In this document: piece after piece, positions 24,675 through 32,473 of the stretch
Position numbering within the stretch: position 1 is the first letter of the stretch
Layout: the number at the start of each line of letters is the position of its first letter
From: a candidate division WWE3 bacterium CSP1-7
GTDB lineage: Bacteria; Patescibacteriota; WWE3; 9FT-COMBO-53-11
DNA length: 64,000 bases
Assembly (NCBI GenBank): GCA_001443395.1
Contig: LDXK01000001.1
Coordinates: 153,682-217,681 of the forward strand
Reading direction: 5' to 3'
Program-made: the position numbers and the translations under genes
The notes under the pieces: model-generated
Database searches by the model: none
Seen by the model: only the letters and a program-made list of their open reading frames with translations
What the model was told of the DNA's origin: nothing

Positions 24675-24830
24675 AAAAATAGAGTAGCATTTAGAGTGTG
24701 TTTAAATTCGTCCGCGAATCGGGATTGGTGCAGCTGATACTGTTGATCGCAATCGGAGTGATTCTCTATTACAACTGGCCCAAAATCTGGGAGGGAGTGA
24801 TCGTAATTCTCAATAATCTGCAGACGAGAT

Positions 24831-24878
24831 TTAAGCTTTAATCAGACTTCCGACCCGGATCACGTGCTCGACTAGCGC
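24831..24878 (-). repeat. Second, divergent copy of the 3' terminal codons of gap
   Basis: The minus strand reads GCG CTA GTC GAG CAC GTG ATC CGG GTC GGA AGT CTG ATT AAA GCT TAA, which is ALVEHVIRVGSLIKA*. The gap C-terminus is ALVEHVVRVGNLISK*. Of 10 differences in the 13 aligned codons, 8 are synonymous third-position changes. Confidence 0.85.
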
Positions 24879-24882
24879 GTTT

Positions 24883-24940
24883 GAGGACGGCTTGCCTGCG
24901 GCAAACCTAGCTCCGCTGAATTTTGGATACCAAACTAAAC
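24883..24940 (+). repeat. Hairpin-core intergenic element, copy A5, with a long tail abutting the gap stop codon
   Basis: GAGGACGGC|TTGCC-tgc-GGCAA|ACCTAGCTCCGCTGAATTTTGGATACCAAACTAAAC. The tail is about 70% identical to 50052..50090. Confidence 0.8.
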
Positions 24941-25954
24941 CTACTTGGAGATTAGATTTCCAACCCGGACGACGTGTTCAACCAGTGCAGCGGAGTAGCC
25001 CCACTCATTATCGTACCAAGCAAGAACTTTAACCAAATCGCCGTCCACCACCCGCGTCATTGCCAGATCGACAATTGAGGCGTGCGGATCTTTGATGATA
25101 TCCGAGGAAACGATCGGATCTTCCGTCACTGCCAGGACCTTTTCCCAGCGGGGGTCTTGGGAGGCATCCTTAAGGATCTTGTTGACCTCCACCACGGAGG
25201 TCTTGCGTTTGGCCAAAAATGTAAAGTCCACAATCGAACCGCAGACCACCGGGACTCGCAGCGCAATTCCATCGAAGAGGCCCTCCAAACCATTGAGAGA
25301 CTTGACGACCGACTCCGCCGCTCCGGTGGAAGATGGAACAATGTTCATCGCCGCTGCCCTTCCCCGCCGGGGATCTTTGGTGGCCGGCCCATCCACCAAA
25401 CTCTGCGTCGCAGTGTAACCGTGGGCGGTGTTAAGCATTCCCTTGATCACGCCGATTTTTTCCATCATCACCGCCGCCACGGGAACGGCCGCGTTGGTGG
25501 TGCAGGAAGCGTTGCAGGTCACCAGCGGAAGATCGCCTGTGAAGAGCGCATCGTTGGCGCCAATGAGGGCGTAGGGCACATTCCCCTTGGCCGGAGCGGT
25601 GATGACCACCCGCTTGGCGCCGGCCTTGATATGCTTTTCGGCCTCTTCAAGTTCATCGAACCGGCCGGTGGATTCAACGACAACATCAATATCCATCTCT
25701 TTCCAAGGCAAAAGTCCGGGGTCTTTTTCGGAAAGGATTTTGATCTTTTTGCCACCGACTACCAAGCTTCCGTCAGAGATCTTAACTTCCTTGTCGTAGC
25801 GCCCGTAAACAGTGTCGTAGCGCAGAAGGTAGGCCAGTGTCTCCGGCTCGCCCAGGTCGTTGATCGCCACAAATTCAAGCTCCGGCCGCTCAAAGGCAAT
25901 TTTGAAAAAGGCCCGACCGATCCGGCCGAAGCCGTTAATCGCAACTCGGGTCAC
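24941..25954 (-). CDS. gap: Type I glyceraldehyde-3-phosphate dehydrogenase
   Basis: RVAINGFGRIGR, SCTTN active site, WYDNEWGYS. The GTG start at 25954 forms a GTGA overlap with the trx stop. Confidence 0.95.
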   Translation of the reverse strand: MTRVAINGFGRIGRAFFKIAFERPELEFVAINDLGEPETLAYLLRYDTVYGRYDKEVKISDGSLVVGGKKIKILSEKDPGLLPWKEMDIDVVVESTGRFDELEEAEKHIKAGAKRVVITAPAKGNVPYALIGANDALFTGDLPLVTCNASCTTNAAVPVAAVMMEKIGVIKGMLNTAHGYTATQSLVDGPATKDPRRGRAAAMNIVPSSTGAAESVVKSLNGLEGLFDGIALRVPVVCGSIVDFTFLAKRKTSVVEVNKILKDASQDPRWEKVLAVTEDPIVSSDIIKDPHASIVDLAMTRVVDGDLVKVLAWYDNEWGYSAALVEHVVRVGNLISK

Positions 25955-26217
25955 AGCTGTTCCTCCACCCACCGTTTGAACTCCTCTTTAGGACGGGCGC
26001 CGGTGGTTCGCGCCACTTCCTTGCCATCTTTTTCAATCACGTAGGTGGGGATCGACATCACGCCGTACTTTTGGGCCATCTCACCCTGAGCATCCACATC
26101 GTATGCCACAAATTCCGCCTTGCCGGCGAGTTCTTTTTCCAGCTCCTCAATCGTGGGTTTCATCACATTGCAGGGTGGACACCAAGTCGCCCAAAAATCC
26201 AAAACTTTAACCGCCAT
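25951..26217 (-). CDS. trxA: Thioredoxin-fold protein with a WCPPC active site (88 aa)
   Basis: MAVKVLDFWATWCPPCNVMKP...MSIPTYVIEKDGKEV. The start is set at the internal ATG at 26217. Confidence 0.8.
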   Translation of the reverse strand: MAVKVLDFWATWCPPCNVMKPTIEELEKELAGKAEFVAYDVDAQGEMAQKYGVMSIPTYVIEKDGKEVARTTGARPKEEFKRWVEEQL

Positions 26218-26289
26218 TTCAACTTTAAGATAGCAAAAATAGCCAATAGGAATGCTGTCCGAGCGCAAAACCTGTGTTACGATAATCGC

Positions 26290-28122
26290 GTGGAAGCTCT
26301 TCTCTCCTCCCTAAATCCGCAACAACAGGCCGCCGTCCGCTGCGCCGACGGCCCCTCGCTAATCGTCGCCGGGCCGGGGTCGGGAAAGACCCGCGTCCTC
26401 ACTCACAAAATCGCCCACCTGATTCGAAACGAAGGAATTCCCTCCCACCAAATCCTCGCCGTTACTTTCACCAACAAAGCCGCCGACGAGATGCGCGAGA
26501 GGGTGGAAAAACTACTGAGCGACTCAACGGAGGGACGGCCGGAGTCGTTAATTCCATGGATGGGAACCTTTCATTCCATCTGCGCCCGCATCCTGCGACG
26601 GGAAGGAACGGAGATCGGTATCCCGGCCAGCTTTATCATCTACGACGAAAACGACCAGCGCGATCTCATCAAAGATATTCTTAAATTGATCGGCCGCGGT
26701 GAAGAGCGTTTCTCGCCGGGAGGGGTCTCGGCCGCCATCTCCCAAGCCAAGAACGAAATGATCAGTCCCGAAACATATCAAGAGATGGCGGAAGGAAACT
26801 TTCAACAGGCGGTGGCGGAAATCTATCCCCGCTACCAAGAAAGGGTCAAAAAGGCCGGGGGGCTTGATTTTGACGACCTGCTGCTGGAAACAGCCCGGCT
26901 TTTCCAAGAGCGCCCGGCGATCCTGGCGCGCTGGCAGAAATCTTTCCGACACGTTCTAGTGGATGAATACCAAGACACCAATCGCGTCCAGTACCTGCTG
27001 GTGCGGCTTCTCTCCAAGACCCACCACAACCTTACCGTCGTGGGCGACATGTCCCAAGCAATTTATTCCTGGCGGGGAGCAGACTTCCGGAACCTCCTCC
27101 GCTTTCAACAAGATTATCCCCAAGCGCAGATTTTTCACCTCGCCCAAAACTACCGCTCCACCAAGCGAATTCTCTTGGCGGCGCGCTCGCTAATCGAGCA
27201 CAACCGCACCCACATTCCGCTGGAACTCTGGACCGATAATGAGGAAGGGCTCCCGGTCGTGCTCTACGCCGCGGACAACGAGCTCGACGAAGCCTTCTAT
27301 CTCTCCACGCAAATCTCCGCTCTGCTTTCAAATGGGAACGCCAGGAACTTCACCGACTTCGCCGTCCTCTACCGCACCAACGCCCAATCGCGGGTCCTGG
27401 AAGAAGTTTTTATGCGCGGCGGAATTCCCTACCTCCTGATCGGCGGCACCAAATTCTATGAGAGAAAAGAAGTCAAGGACATTCTGGCTTATCTCCGTCT
27501 CCTGCTAAATCCGCAGGACCAGCTGAGTCGGGAGCGGGCCGAAAAAGTCGGCAAAAGGCGACTCGCTGGCCTGAACGCCTCCGACCGGGACGAGCTGGTG
27601 GCGCTTCCTCCCGCTCAGATGATTCAAAAAATTCTTCAACTCACCGAATACTTGGGATACCTGGATGACGGTTCGGAGGAAGGCCAATCACGGGTCGAGA
27701 ACGTCAAGGAGCTCTCATCGGTCGCCGCTTCCTTTGGGTCCCTGCCGGAGTTCCTTCAGCACGTGGCGCTGGTCCAACCCACCGACGCCCTTTCCCGCCG
27801 GATCCGGCGGGACTCGGTCTCGCTGATGACGCTCCACTCCGCCAAAGGGTTGGAATTTCCCTACGTCTTCATCACGGGGTTGGAGGAGGGATTGCTCCCC
27901 CACGCCCGCAGCTTGGGCAGCACCGAAGAAATCGAGGAGGAACGCCGGCTCTGCTACGTCGGAGTAACTCGAGCGAAAAAACAGCTCCATCTCTGCTTTG
28001 CGCGCGAGCGCCTGCTCTTCGGGTCCCGTTCCGAGAACCTGCCGTCCCGTTTTCTCAATGAGATCGGCGAGGAAAACATGTTGATGCATCTCTCTCAAGG
28101 AGGACTGGCCGATGAGTTTTAA
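26290..28122 (+). CDS. pcrA: ATP-dependent DNA helicase, UvrD/PcrA/Rep family
   Basis: LNPQQQAAV, AGPGSGKTRVL, VDEYQDTN, TLHSAKGLEFPYVF, VGVTRAK. A GTG start at 26290 was chosen; upstream of it the ORF overlaps trx antisense. Confidence 0.9.
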   Translation: MEALLSSLNPQQQAAVRCADGPSLIVAGPGSGKTRVLTHKIAHLIRNEGIPSHQILAVTFTNKAADEMRERVEKLLSDSTEGRPESLIPWMGTFHSICARILRREGTEIGIPASFIIYDENDQRDLIKDILKLIGRGEERFSPGGVSAAISQAKNEMISPETYQEMAEGNFQQAVAEIYPRYQERVKKAGGLDFDDLLLETARLFQERPAILARWQKSFRHVLVDEYQDTNRVQYLLVRLLSKTHHNLTVVGDMSQAIYSWRGADFRNLLRFQQDYPQAQIFHLAQNYRSTKRILLAARSLIEHNRTHIPLELWTDNEEGLPVVLYAADNELDEAFYLSTQISALLSNGNARNFTDFAVLYRTNAQSRVLEEVFMRGGIPYLLIGGTKFYERKEVKDILAYLRLLLNPQDQLSRERAEKVGKRRLAGLNASDRDELVALPPAQMIQKILQLTEYLGYLDDGSEEGQSRVENVKELSSVAASFGSLPEFLQHVALVQPTDALSRRIRRDSVSLMTLHSAKGLEFPYVFITGLEEGLLPHARSLGSTEEIEEERRLCYVGVTRAKKQLHLCFARERLLFGSRSENLPSRFLNEIGEENMLMHLSQGGLADEF

Positions 28123-28639
28123 CCCCCAAATTAGAGAGGGGGTGGCGGCCGCCGCCGTCCACTCGGTGCTGATCCTTCTCCTCGCGGGAGGAGTGGGTTA
28201 TCTTTTCAGCCAATTTGAGCAAATTGAAAAGCAAAACATTCCGGTCTTGGCGACGGCGACCAATTGCCCCGGGAAAAAATCGAATTATCCCCTCGTTTAT
28301 AAAGAAAAACTTCCCAATGGAAAAACGGTTTCCTTCCGCTACAACTGTGTCCAATCCGGTTTTCTGGCCACTTCTTACGACGGCAACTGCAAAGGATGTA
28401 GCGGCCGAACCCGCCTTACCAACGAGTCGGTCACCTGGGGAGTTTGCGCCGTGGACACCGACGTGATCCGCCCCTACAAGGACACCCGCTCCAAGTTTTA
28501 CGTCCCCGGCTACGGCCCTTGCAAGGCGGCGGATACGGGAGGAGCAGTTAAAGGAAAAATGATTGATTTGGGATTTGAAGATATTTCTAAAGGCTGGTGG
28601 AGCCGAAGATACACAGACATATACACTTTTGTCGAGTAA
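28112..28639 (+). CDS. 3D-domain (MltA/RlpA-like double-psi barrel) cell-wall protein with an N-terminal anchor
   Basis: CAVDTDVIRPY...VPGYGPCKAADTGGAVKGKMIDLGF is the three-Asp 3D-domain pattern. Confidence 0.65.
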   Translation: MSFNPQIREGVAAAAVHSVLILLLAGGVGYLFSQFEQIEKQNIPVLATATNCPGKKSNYPLVYKEKLPNGKTVSFRYNCVQSGFLATSYDGNCKGCSGRTRLTNESVTWGVCAVDTDVIRPYKDTRSKFYVPGYGPCKAADTGGAVKGKMIDLGFEDISKGWWSRRYTDIYTFVE

Positions 28640-28683
28640 CATATACCCGGCTCTATCATAGTATACTATATATAGTATAACCT

Positions 28684-28721
28684 TACCAAATGAAAAGAGG
28701 CGGTGTGGGAAGGCACCGCCT
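28684..28721 (-). terminator. Stem-loop plus U-tract downstream of the 28734..29150 gene
   Basis: AGGCGGTG-n8-CACCGCCT. On the minus strand it is followed by CTCTTTTCATTT. Confidence 0.5.
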
Positions 28722-28733
28722 AGTAGTTCAGTG

Positions 28734-29150
28734 TTAAGAACTGAAATTTTTGCGCTGAATTGTAATGTCCGCGTCGAACTTGGCCCCCAGCTTCCCCAAG
28801 AGTTTTGAGAGCTCCCGCTCTTCCTCTTGATTCGGCTTAAGCCAATAGAAGACCCGGAGGACGCGTTCGGCTTCGAGCAATGTTCCCCCCAATGTCAGCA
28901 TCCTTGCATTGTTCTTTTTCCGCCAGATCTTGATCGATCGATACAACTCGTTGTCCAGGAGCGGAAAGAGCTGATTCCGGGCGGCGAAGATGCGGTGCTC
29001 GAGAAGATCCCGCTCATCTGAGAGTCGGTTGAAACGCACCGCCATGCTTACCAACAGCACCATTGCGAGCACGAAGAGCCCGAACCAAATCCAAGCAGCC
29101 ACGACTTTCTCTCCTTGCCAGCCGGCGTTGCCTTGTTCCTTTCTTCCCAA
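28734..29150 (-). CDS. Single-pass membrane hypothetical protein
   Basis: 138 aa, TM (AAWIWFGLFVLAMVLLVSMAV), helical C-terminal part. Confidence 0.5.
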   Translation of the reverse strand: MGRKEQGNAGWQGEKVVAAWIWFGLFVLAMVLLVSMAVRFNRLSDERDLLEHRIFAARNQLFPLLDNELYRSIKIWRKKNNARMLTLGGTLLEAERVLRVFYWLKPNQEEERELSKLLGKLGAKFDADITIQRKNFSS

Positions 29151-29256
29151 AGGAACGTTGCCTTGCCGGAGGCGTTGAGCTGAATGCGCCGGGTGCGCAA
29201 TCGTTTTAATTATATCTCGCTATAGGACTAAGTCAAAGAAGCTATAATTTGGACGG

Positions 29257-30048
29257 ATGGCAAAAAAGTCTCTTGGCCAAAATTTCTTGGTTGATCAGAG
29301 AGCTGTTCAAGACCTAGTGGAGACGGCCGGGGTTAGAAAAGATGACGCCGTTCTGGAGGTTGGAGCCGGAACCGGCGTGGTTACCTTAGAACTTGCAAAA
29401 CGGGGCGGCAAAATTATCGCCGTCGAGTTTGATCGCGATCTAATCCCCACTCTCCGCGAAAACCTGAAAGAATTCCAGAACGTTGAGATCATCAACGCTG
29501 ATATTCTCTCCCTAGACCTTATACCCTATACCCTATCCCCTAGCTTTAAGATCGTCGGCGCCATTCCCTACCAAATCACTTCTCCACTGATTCACAAGAT
29601 TTTGCACTCTCCCCACCGGCCGAAATCGATTACCTTTATAGTTCAAAAGGAGGTGGCCGAAAAGATAGCGGCGGCGGCGCCTGATGCCACCTATCTCTCC
29701 AATTTTGTCGCCAATTTCGGCGAAGCGCAGGTTGTCAAGACCATCAAACCGGGGGCCTTCTCTCCCCAACCGAAAGTGGACTCCGCAATTATTCATATCG
29801 AACTCTATCCCAAACCAAAAATCGGGGATGCGGTGAAGCTGGAGAAATTCCTTCACCACGGTTTTGCCCAACCGCGCAAGATGCTGCACCATCGGTTCGA
29901 AGCCGGAATATTGGCGGGATCAAAAATACCGCTACAGGCCCGGCCGGCTCACCTATCAAGGGAGGACTGGCGCAATCTCTATCGGGAACTTTCGATGACG
30001 AGGGAGCGTAGCAAAACCCGTCGCGGCGACGGAACCTGGCGAAGTTAG
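29257..30048 (+). CDS. rsmA: 16S rRNA (adenine1518/1519-N6)-dimethyltransferase RsmA/KsgA
   Basis: KSLGQNFLVD...VLEVGAGTGVVTLELA...IVGAIPYQITSP. A TATAAT box lies 8 nt before the ATG. Confidence 0.9.
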   Translation: MAKKSLGQNFLVDQRAVQDLVETAGVRKDDAVLEVGAGTGVVTLELAKRGGKIIAVEFDRDLIPTLRENLKEFQNVEIINADILSLDLIPYTLSPSFKIVGAIPYQITSPLIHKILHSPHRPKSITFIVQKEVAEKIAAAAPDATYLSNFVANFGEAQVVKTIKPGAFSPQPKVDSAIIHIELYPKPKIGDAVKLEKFLHHGFAQPRKMLHHRFEAGILAGSKIPLQARPAHLSREDWRNLYRELSMTRERSKTRRGDGTWRS

Positions 30049-30083
30049 TGCTGCCCTTCGCTAACGCTCAGGTTGCAATAATT
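30047..30083 (-). repeat. Degenerate copy of the 42-nt unit (reverse orientation), overlapping the last 2 nt of the rsmA stop codon
   Basis: Compare AGTGCTGCCCTTCGCTAACGCTCAGGTTGCAATAATT with the reverse complement of the 18481 unit, AGTGCTGTCCTCGCTACGCTCGGTTGCAATTTT. Confidence 0.6.
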
Positions 30084-30102
30084 ACTCGCTGGCGCTGCGT
30101 CA

Positions 30103-31116
30103 TTAGTACCTCCTAACTAATCGACGAATCTTTTCAGCTCCAAAAACCGCCCAATACTTGGGGGTAAGCGGGTAATCCCAGACACCGGTGTAATCCACCT
30201 GATAGCCGCCGAATCCCTTCTTGAATAAGGAATAGTCGTACCAAGGGTGGCGGGGATCATCGTTCGGGGCAATTCCCCAAAAATCAAAGTAGCGGTAGCC
30301 ATCCTTTTTCGCCTCCTTGATAATCTCCCAGAGAAGGAAGTATGAGATTGGAACGTTCGATCGAACGGATGCGTCGTGAACATAAGTAACCGTGTCCCCG
30401 TACGAAAAAGTGATTGCGGCGGAAAGGACATCCCCCTGGTAATTCGCCCAAACCAGCTCGGCTATCCCGCGAGGAGCAAGAGTTTCGAATTGGGCTTGCA
30501 GGTACCGGCGGGCTTGTGGCACAAAATTTTGCCGGCGTTTTGCAACACCCATCAGCCGGTGGAATTCCTCCATCTTCCGCGGATCGGCGCTGCGGTGGAT
30601 CTCCATCCCCAGGCCCTCGGCGCTTCTCACCAGATAGCGCGTGGTCTTGCGCATCTGCGCCAAAAGGTCTTCTTCCGAAAGGGAAAGGTCCAAAAGTAGC
30701 GATACGCCCCCGGCCTGGCTGGTCACCACCTGCGCCCGGCGGTAACCTTCTTCCCGAAAAAGTTCCTCAATATCCAGATTGGCTTCCCAGTGCGGCTCAA
30801 CCCTCAGGTAATCCACCTTTTCTCCCGCGGCAAAATTCCGGAGATACTTCAGAGTCTCTTGGGCGCGCCCGCTCTCGAAAGATTTTAAGATCGGTCCCCG
30901 CGGCACGTAAACAAAACTCCCCAGCTTCCGCCGGCCAACCAGCGCCTGGCAAATCCCATCTAACGCCCCGCCCTGGTAAGTCCCAAAACGGTGGTGGGAA
31001 AGCCCCAGCTTGTCTTGGAATTCTCCCCAGGCCCAAGATTGCAGAAAAGAGGTGTGTGGCTGACGGGTTAAAAATTCTTCCCAAGACCTCTCCTCGAGTA
31101 TTTCTTTAATCTCCAT
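30103..31116 (-). CDS. FemAB-family peptidoglycan interpeptide aminoacyltransferase
   Basis: SFLQSWAWGEF..., 337 aa, GNAT-like duplicated fold typical of FemX/FemAB. Confidence 0.75.
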   Translation of the reverse strand: MEIKEILEERSWEEFLTRQPHTSFLQSWAWGEFQDKLGLSHHRFGTYQGGALDGICQALVGRRKLGSFVYVPRGPILKSFESGRAQETLKYLRNFAAGEKVDYLRVEPHWEANLDIEELFREEGYRRAQVVTSQAGGVSLLLDLSLSEEDLLAQMRKTTRYLVRSAEGLGMEIHRSADPRKMEEFHRLMGVAKRRQNFVPQARRYLQAQFETLAPRGIAELVWANYQGDVLSAAITFSYGDTVTYVHDASVRSNVPISYFLLWEIIKEAKKDGYRYFDFWGIAPNDDPRHPWYDYSLFKKGFGGYQVDYTGVWDYPLTPKYWAVFGAEKIRRLVRRY

Positions 31117-31124
31117 CAGCTACA

Positions 31125-32021
31125 ATGCTAACAGAGATGGAACAAGACCTTCGACAGAGCGACGGCTGGGCGGAATACTTGGAATCGCAGGGGTGGTTGG
31201 TGGAAAAACTTGGAGGCACAAAGGTCTTTATCAGAAAAATCCCGCCCTTCGGCGCAGTCGCCAAGATCCAGCGGCCGGCCAAAATTCCGGTCGTCGCAGA
31301 AATCGATCGAATCGCTCGTGAGAATCACGCCCTGTTCGTAAAGATTGAACCTCTATCGACCGCTAGTAATTTTGAACTATTAACTAATCACGGTTTTGTC
31401 CGTGATTCTAGCCCCAATCTCGCGACCAAAACAGTTATTCTCGATCTCACTAAAAGCGAGGATGAACTCTGGAAAGATCTCTCCCAAGACGCCCGGCAGA
31501 GCGTACGCAAGGCACAGAACAACCACTTACAGGCGGTGGGCTTCAAGCTGGGAGAACCGGGATTTGATAAAGCGCTGATCGAGTTTCACCAACTCTTGAA
31601 AGAAACCGGCCGGCGGGGAAAGTTTTGGACCCCCACTTTTGACCAACTCCGAAAAAAGGCCGAAATCTTCGGAACGGACGCCGCTCTCTTCCTGGCCTAC
31701 TCTCAATCCCATACCCCCCTGGCGGGTACCTTCGTCCTGCTGGATGACGGAACCCACTCCGCCTCATCCCAGGAAGGCCAAGACCTCTACGCTTCCTATT
31801 TCCTGCTCTGGGAAACAATCAAAGGACTAAAGGCCCGGAAAGTAACGCGCTTGGATCTCGCCGGCGTCTACGACCCGCGCTTCCACCGCGCCACCCAGAG
31901 TTGGCGGGGATTCACGGCGTTCAAGAAAAAGTTCGGGGGAAAAGAAGTAGAATACCCTCGACCGCTAATTAAGTACTATCATCCCTTCGTTAAATTTATT
32001 TTCAAAATCGCGGGAGCATAG
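31125..32021 (+). CDS. FemAB-family / GNAT-fold peptidoglycan bridge-formation protein (second, divergent copy)
   Basis: LRQSDGWAEYLESQGW...; the C-terminal WRGFTAFKKKFGG motif resembles FemAB. An alternative ATG lies at 31137. Confidence 0.6.
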   Translation: MLTEMEQDLRQSDGWAEYLESQGWLVEKLGGTKVFIRKIPPFGAVAKIQRPAKIPVVAEIDRIARENHALFVKIEPLSTASNFELLTNHGFVRDSSPNLATKTVILDLTKSEDELWKDLSQDARQSVRKAQNNHLQAVGFKLGEPGFDKALIEFHQLLKETGRRGKFWTPTFDQLRKKAEIFGTDAALFLAYSQSHTPLAGTFVLLDDGTHSASSQEGQDLYASYFLLWETIKGLKARKVTRLDLAGVYDPRFHRATQSWRGFTAFKKKFGGKEVEYPRPLIKYYHPFVKFIFKIAGA

Positions 32022-32036
32022 TTGCACTATTGATTA

Positions 32037-32069
32037 TTGGACGGCCGCCTTAGGAGGGCTAAGGATAAT
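32037..32069 (+). repeat. Hairpin-core intergenic element, copy A6
   Basis: TTGGACGGCCG|CCTTAG-gaggg-CTAAGG|ATAAT. Two more hairpins follow at 32072..32095 and 32095..32127; the second contains CCTCGCTACGCTGCGG, which is related to the 42-nt unit core. Confidence 0.65.
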
Positions 32070-32125
32070 CATTGTTTAAAGCTTCGCTTTAACAAATAAG
32101 CTCCTCGCTACGCTGCGGGTGCTTA

Positions 32126-32155
32126 TTGACATATACCCCCCGGGGGTATTATATT
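32126..32155 (+). promoter_or_regulatory. Sigma70-type promoter (TTGACA-N17-TTATAT) with an embedded CsoR-type operator, ATACCCCC-C-GGGGGTAT (32133..32149)
   Basis: A perfect GC-rich 8+1+8 palindrome fills the -35/-10 spacer. It resembles known CsoR operators (ATACCC...GGGTAT type). Confidence 0.75.
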
Positions 32156-32164
32156 AATGAAGAA

Positions 32165-32209
32165 ATGGACGGCTCGATCAAGCGAGCCTAGCATTTTGAA
32201 AGAACCAAA
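32165..32209 (+). repeat. Hairpin-core intergenic element, copy A7, inside the csoR 5' leader
   Basis: ATGGACGGC|TCG-atcaag-CGA|GCCTAGCATTTTGAAAGAACCAAA. It ends at the csoR ATG. Confidence 0.8.
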
Positions 32210-32473
32210 ATGAAAGCCTCCAAAGAAAGCGTTAAGCGCCGGCTCCAAATCCTCAAGGGACAGCTTGGGGGATTGGAAAAGATGGTCGATGAGGACCGGT
32301 ATTGCATGGATGTTCTTACCCTATCTCTGGCAATCCAGCGGGCGATGAAAGAGATGGACCACTTGATCATGGAAGAGCACATGAACAGCTGTGTCCAGGA
32401 GGGGGTTCGATCCGGCAAATCTAAGGAAGTTACCAAGGAGTTGATGGATCTCTTTGAGGTAATCCGCAAATGA
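32210..32473 (+). CDS. csoR: CsoR-family Cu(I)-sensing transcriptional repressor
   Basis: 87 aa with the LKGQLGGLEKMV motif and the C...H-x3-C ligand pattern (RYCMD...EEHMNSC). Confidence 0.85.
   Translation: MKASKESVKRRLQILKGQLGGLEKMVDEDRYCMDVLTLSLAIQRAMKEMDHLIMEEHMNSCVQEGVRSGKSKEVTKELMDLFEVIRK

Noticed and set aside
24728-24841. A 37-codon plus-strand ORF (VQLILLIAIGVILYYNWPKIWEGVIVILNNLQTRFKL) in the gap-downstream spacer.
   Set aside because: The sequence is hydrophobic and plausible, but it has a GTG start and no clear SD. It is convergent with the gap operon and overlaps the duplicated gap end. I cannot support it without conservation data.
28658-28679. The idea that the AT-rich palindrome ATAGTATACTAT, with a nearby ATAGTATA repeat in a convergent gap, is a dif/Xer site.
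   Set aside because: It does not match the XerC/XerD arm consensus (no TTATGT-type arm). It is more likely AT-rich terminator-region sequence.
32157-32213. An 18-codon uORF (MKKWTARSSEPSILKEPK) running through element A7, with its stop forming an ATGA overlap with the csoR start. A similar 41-codon ORF starts at 17817.
   Set aside because: The ATG at 32157 lies at or upstream of the expected TSS of the csoR promoter. The reading frames through different element copies are not conserved, so these ORFs are probably incidental.
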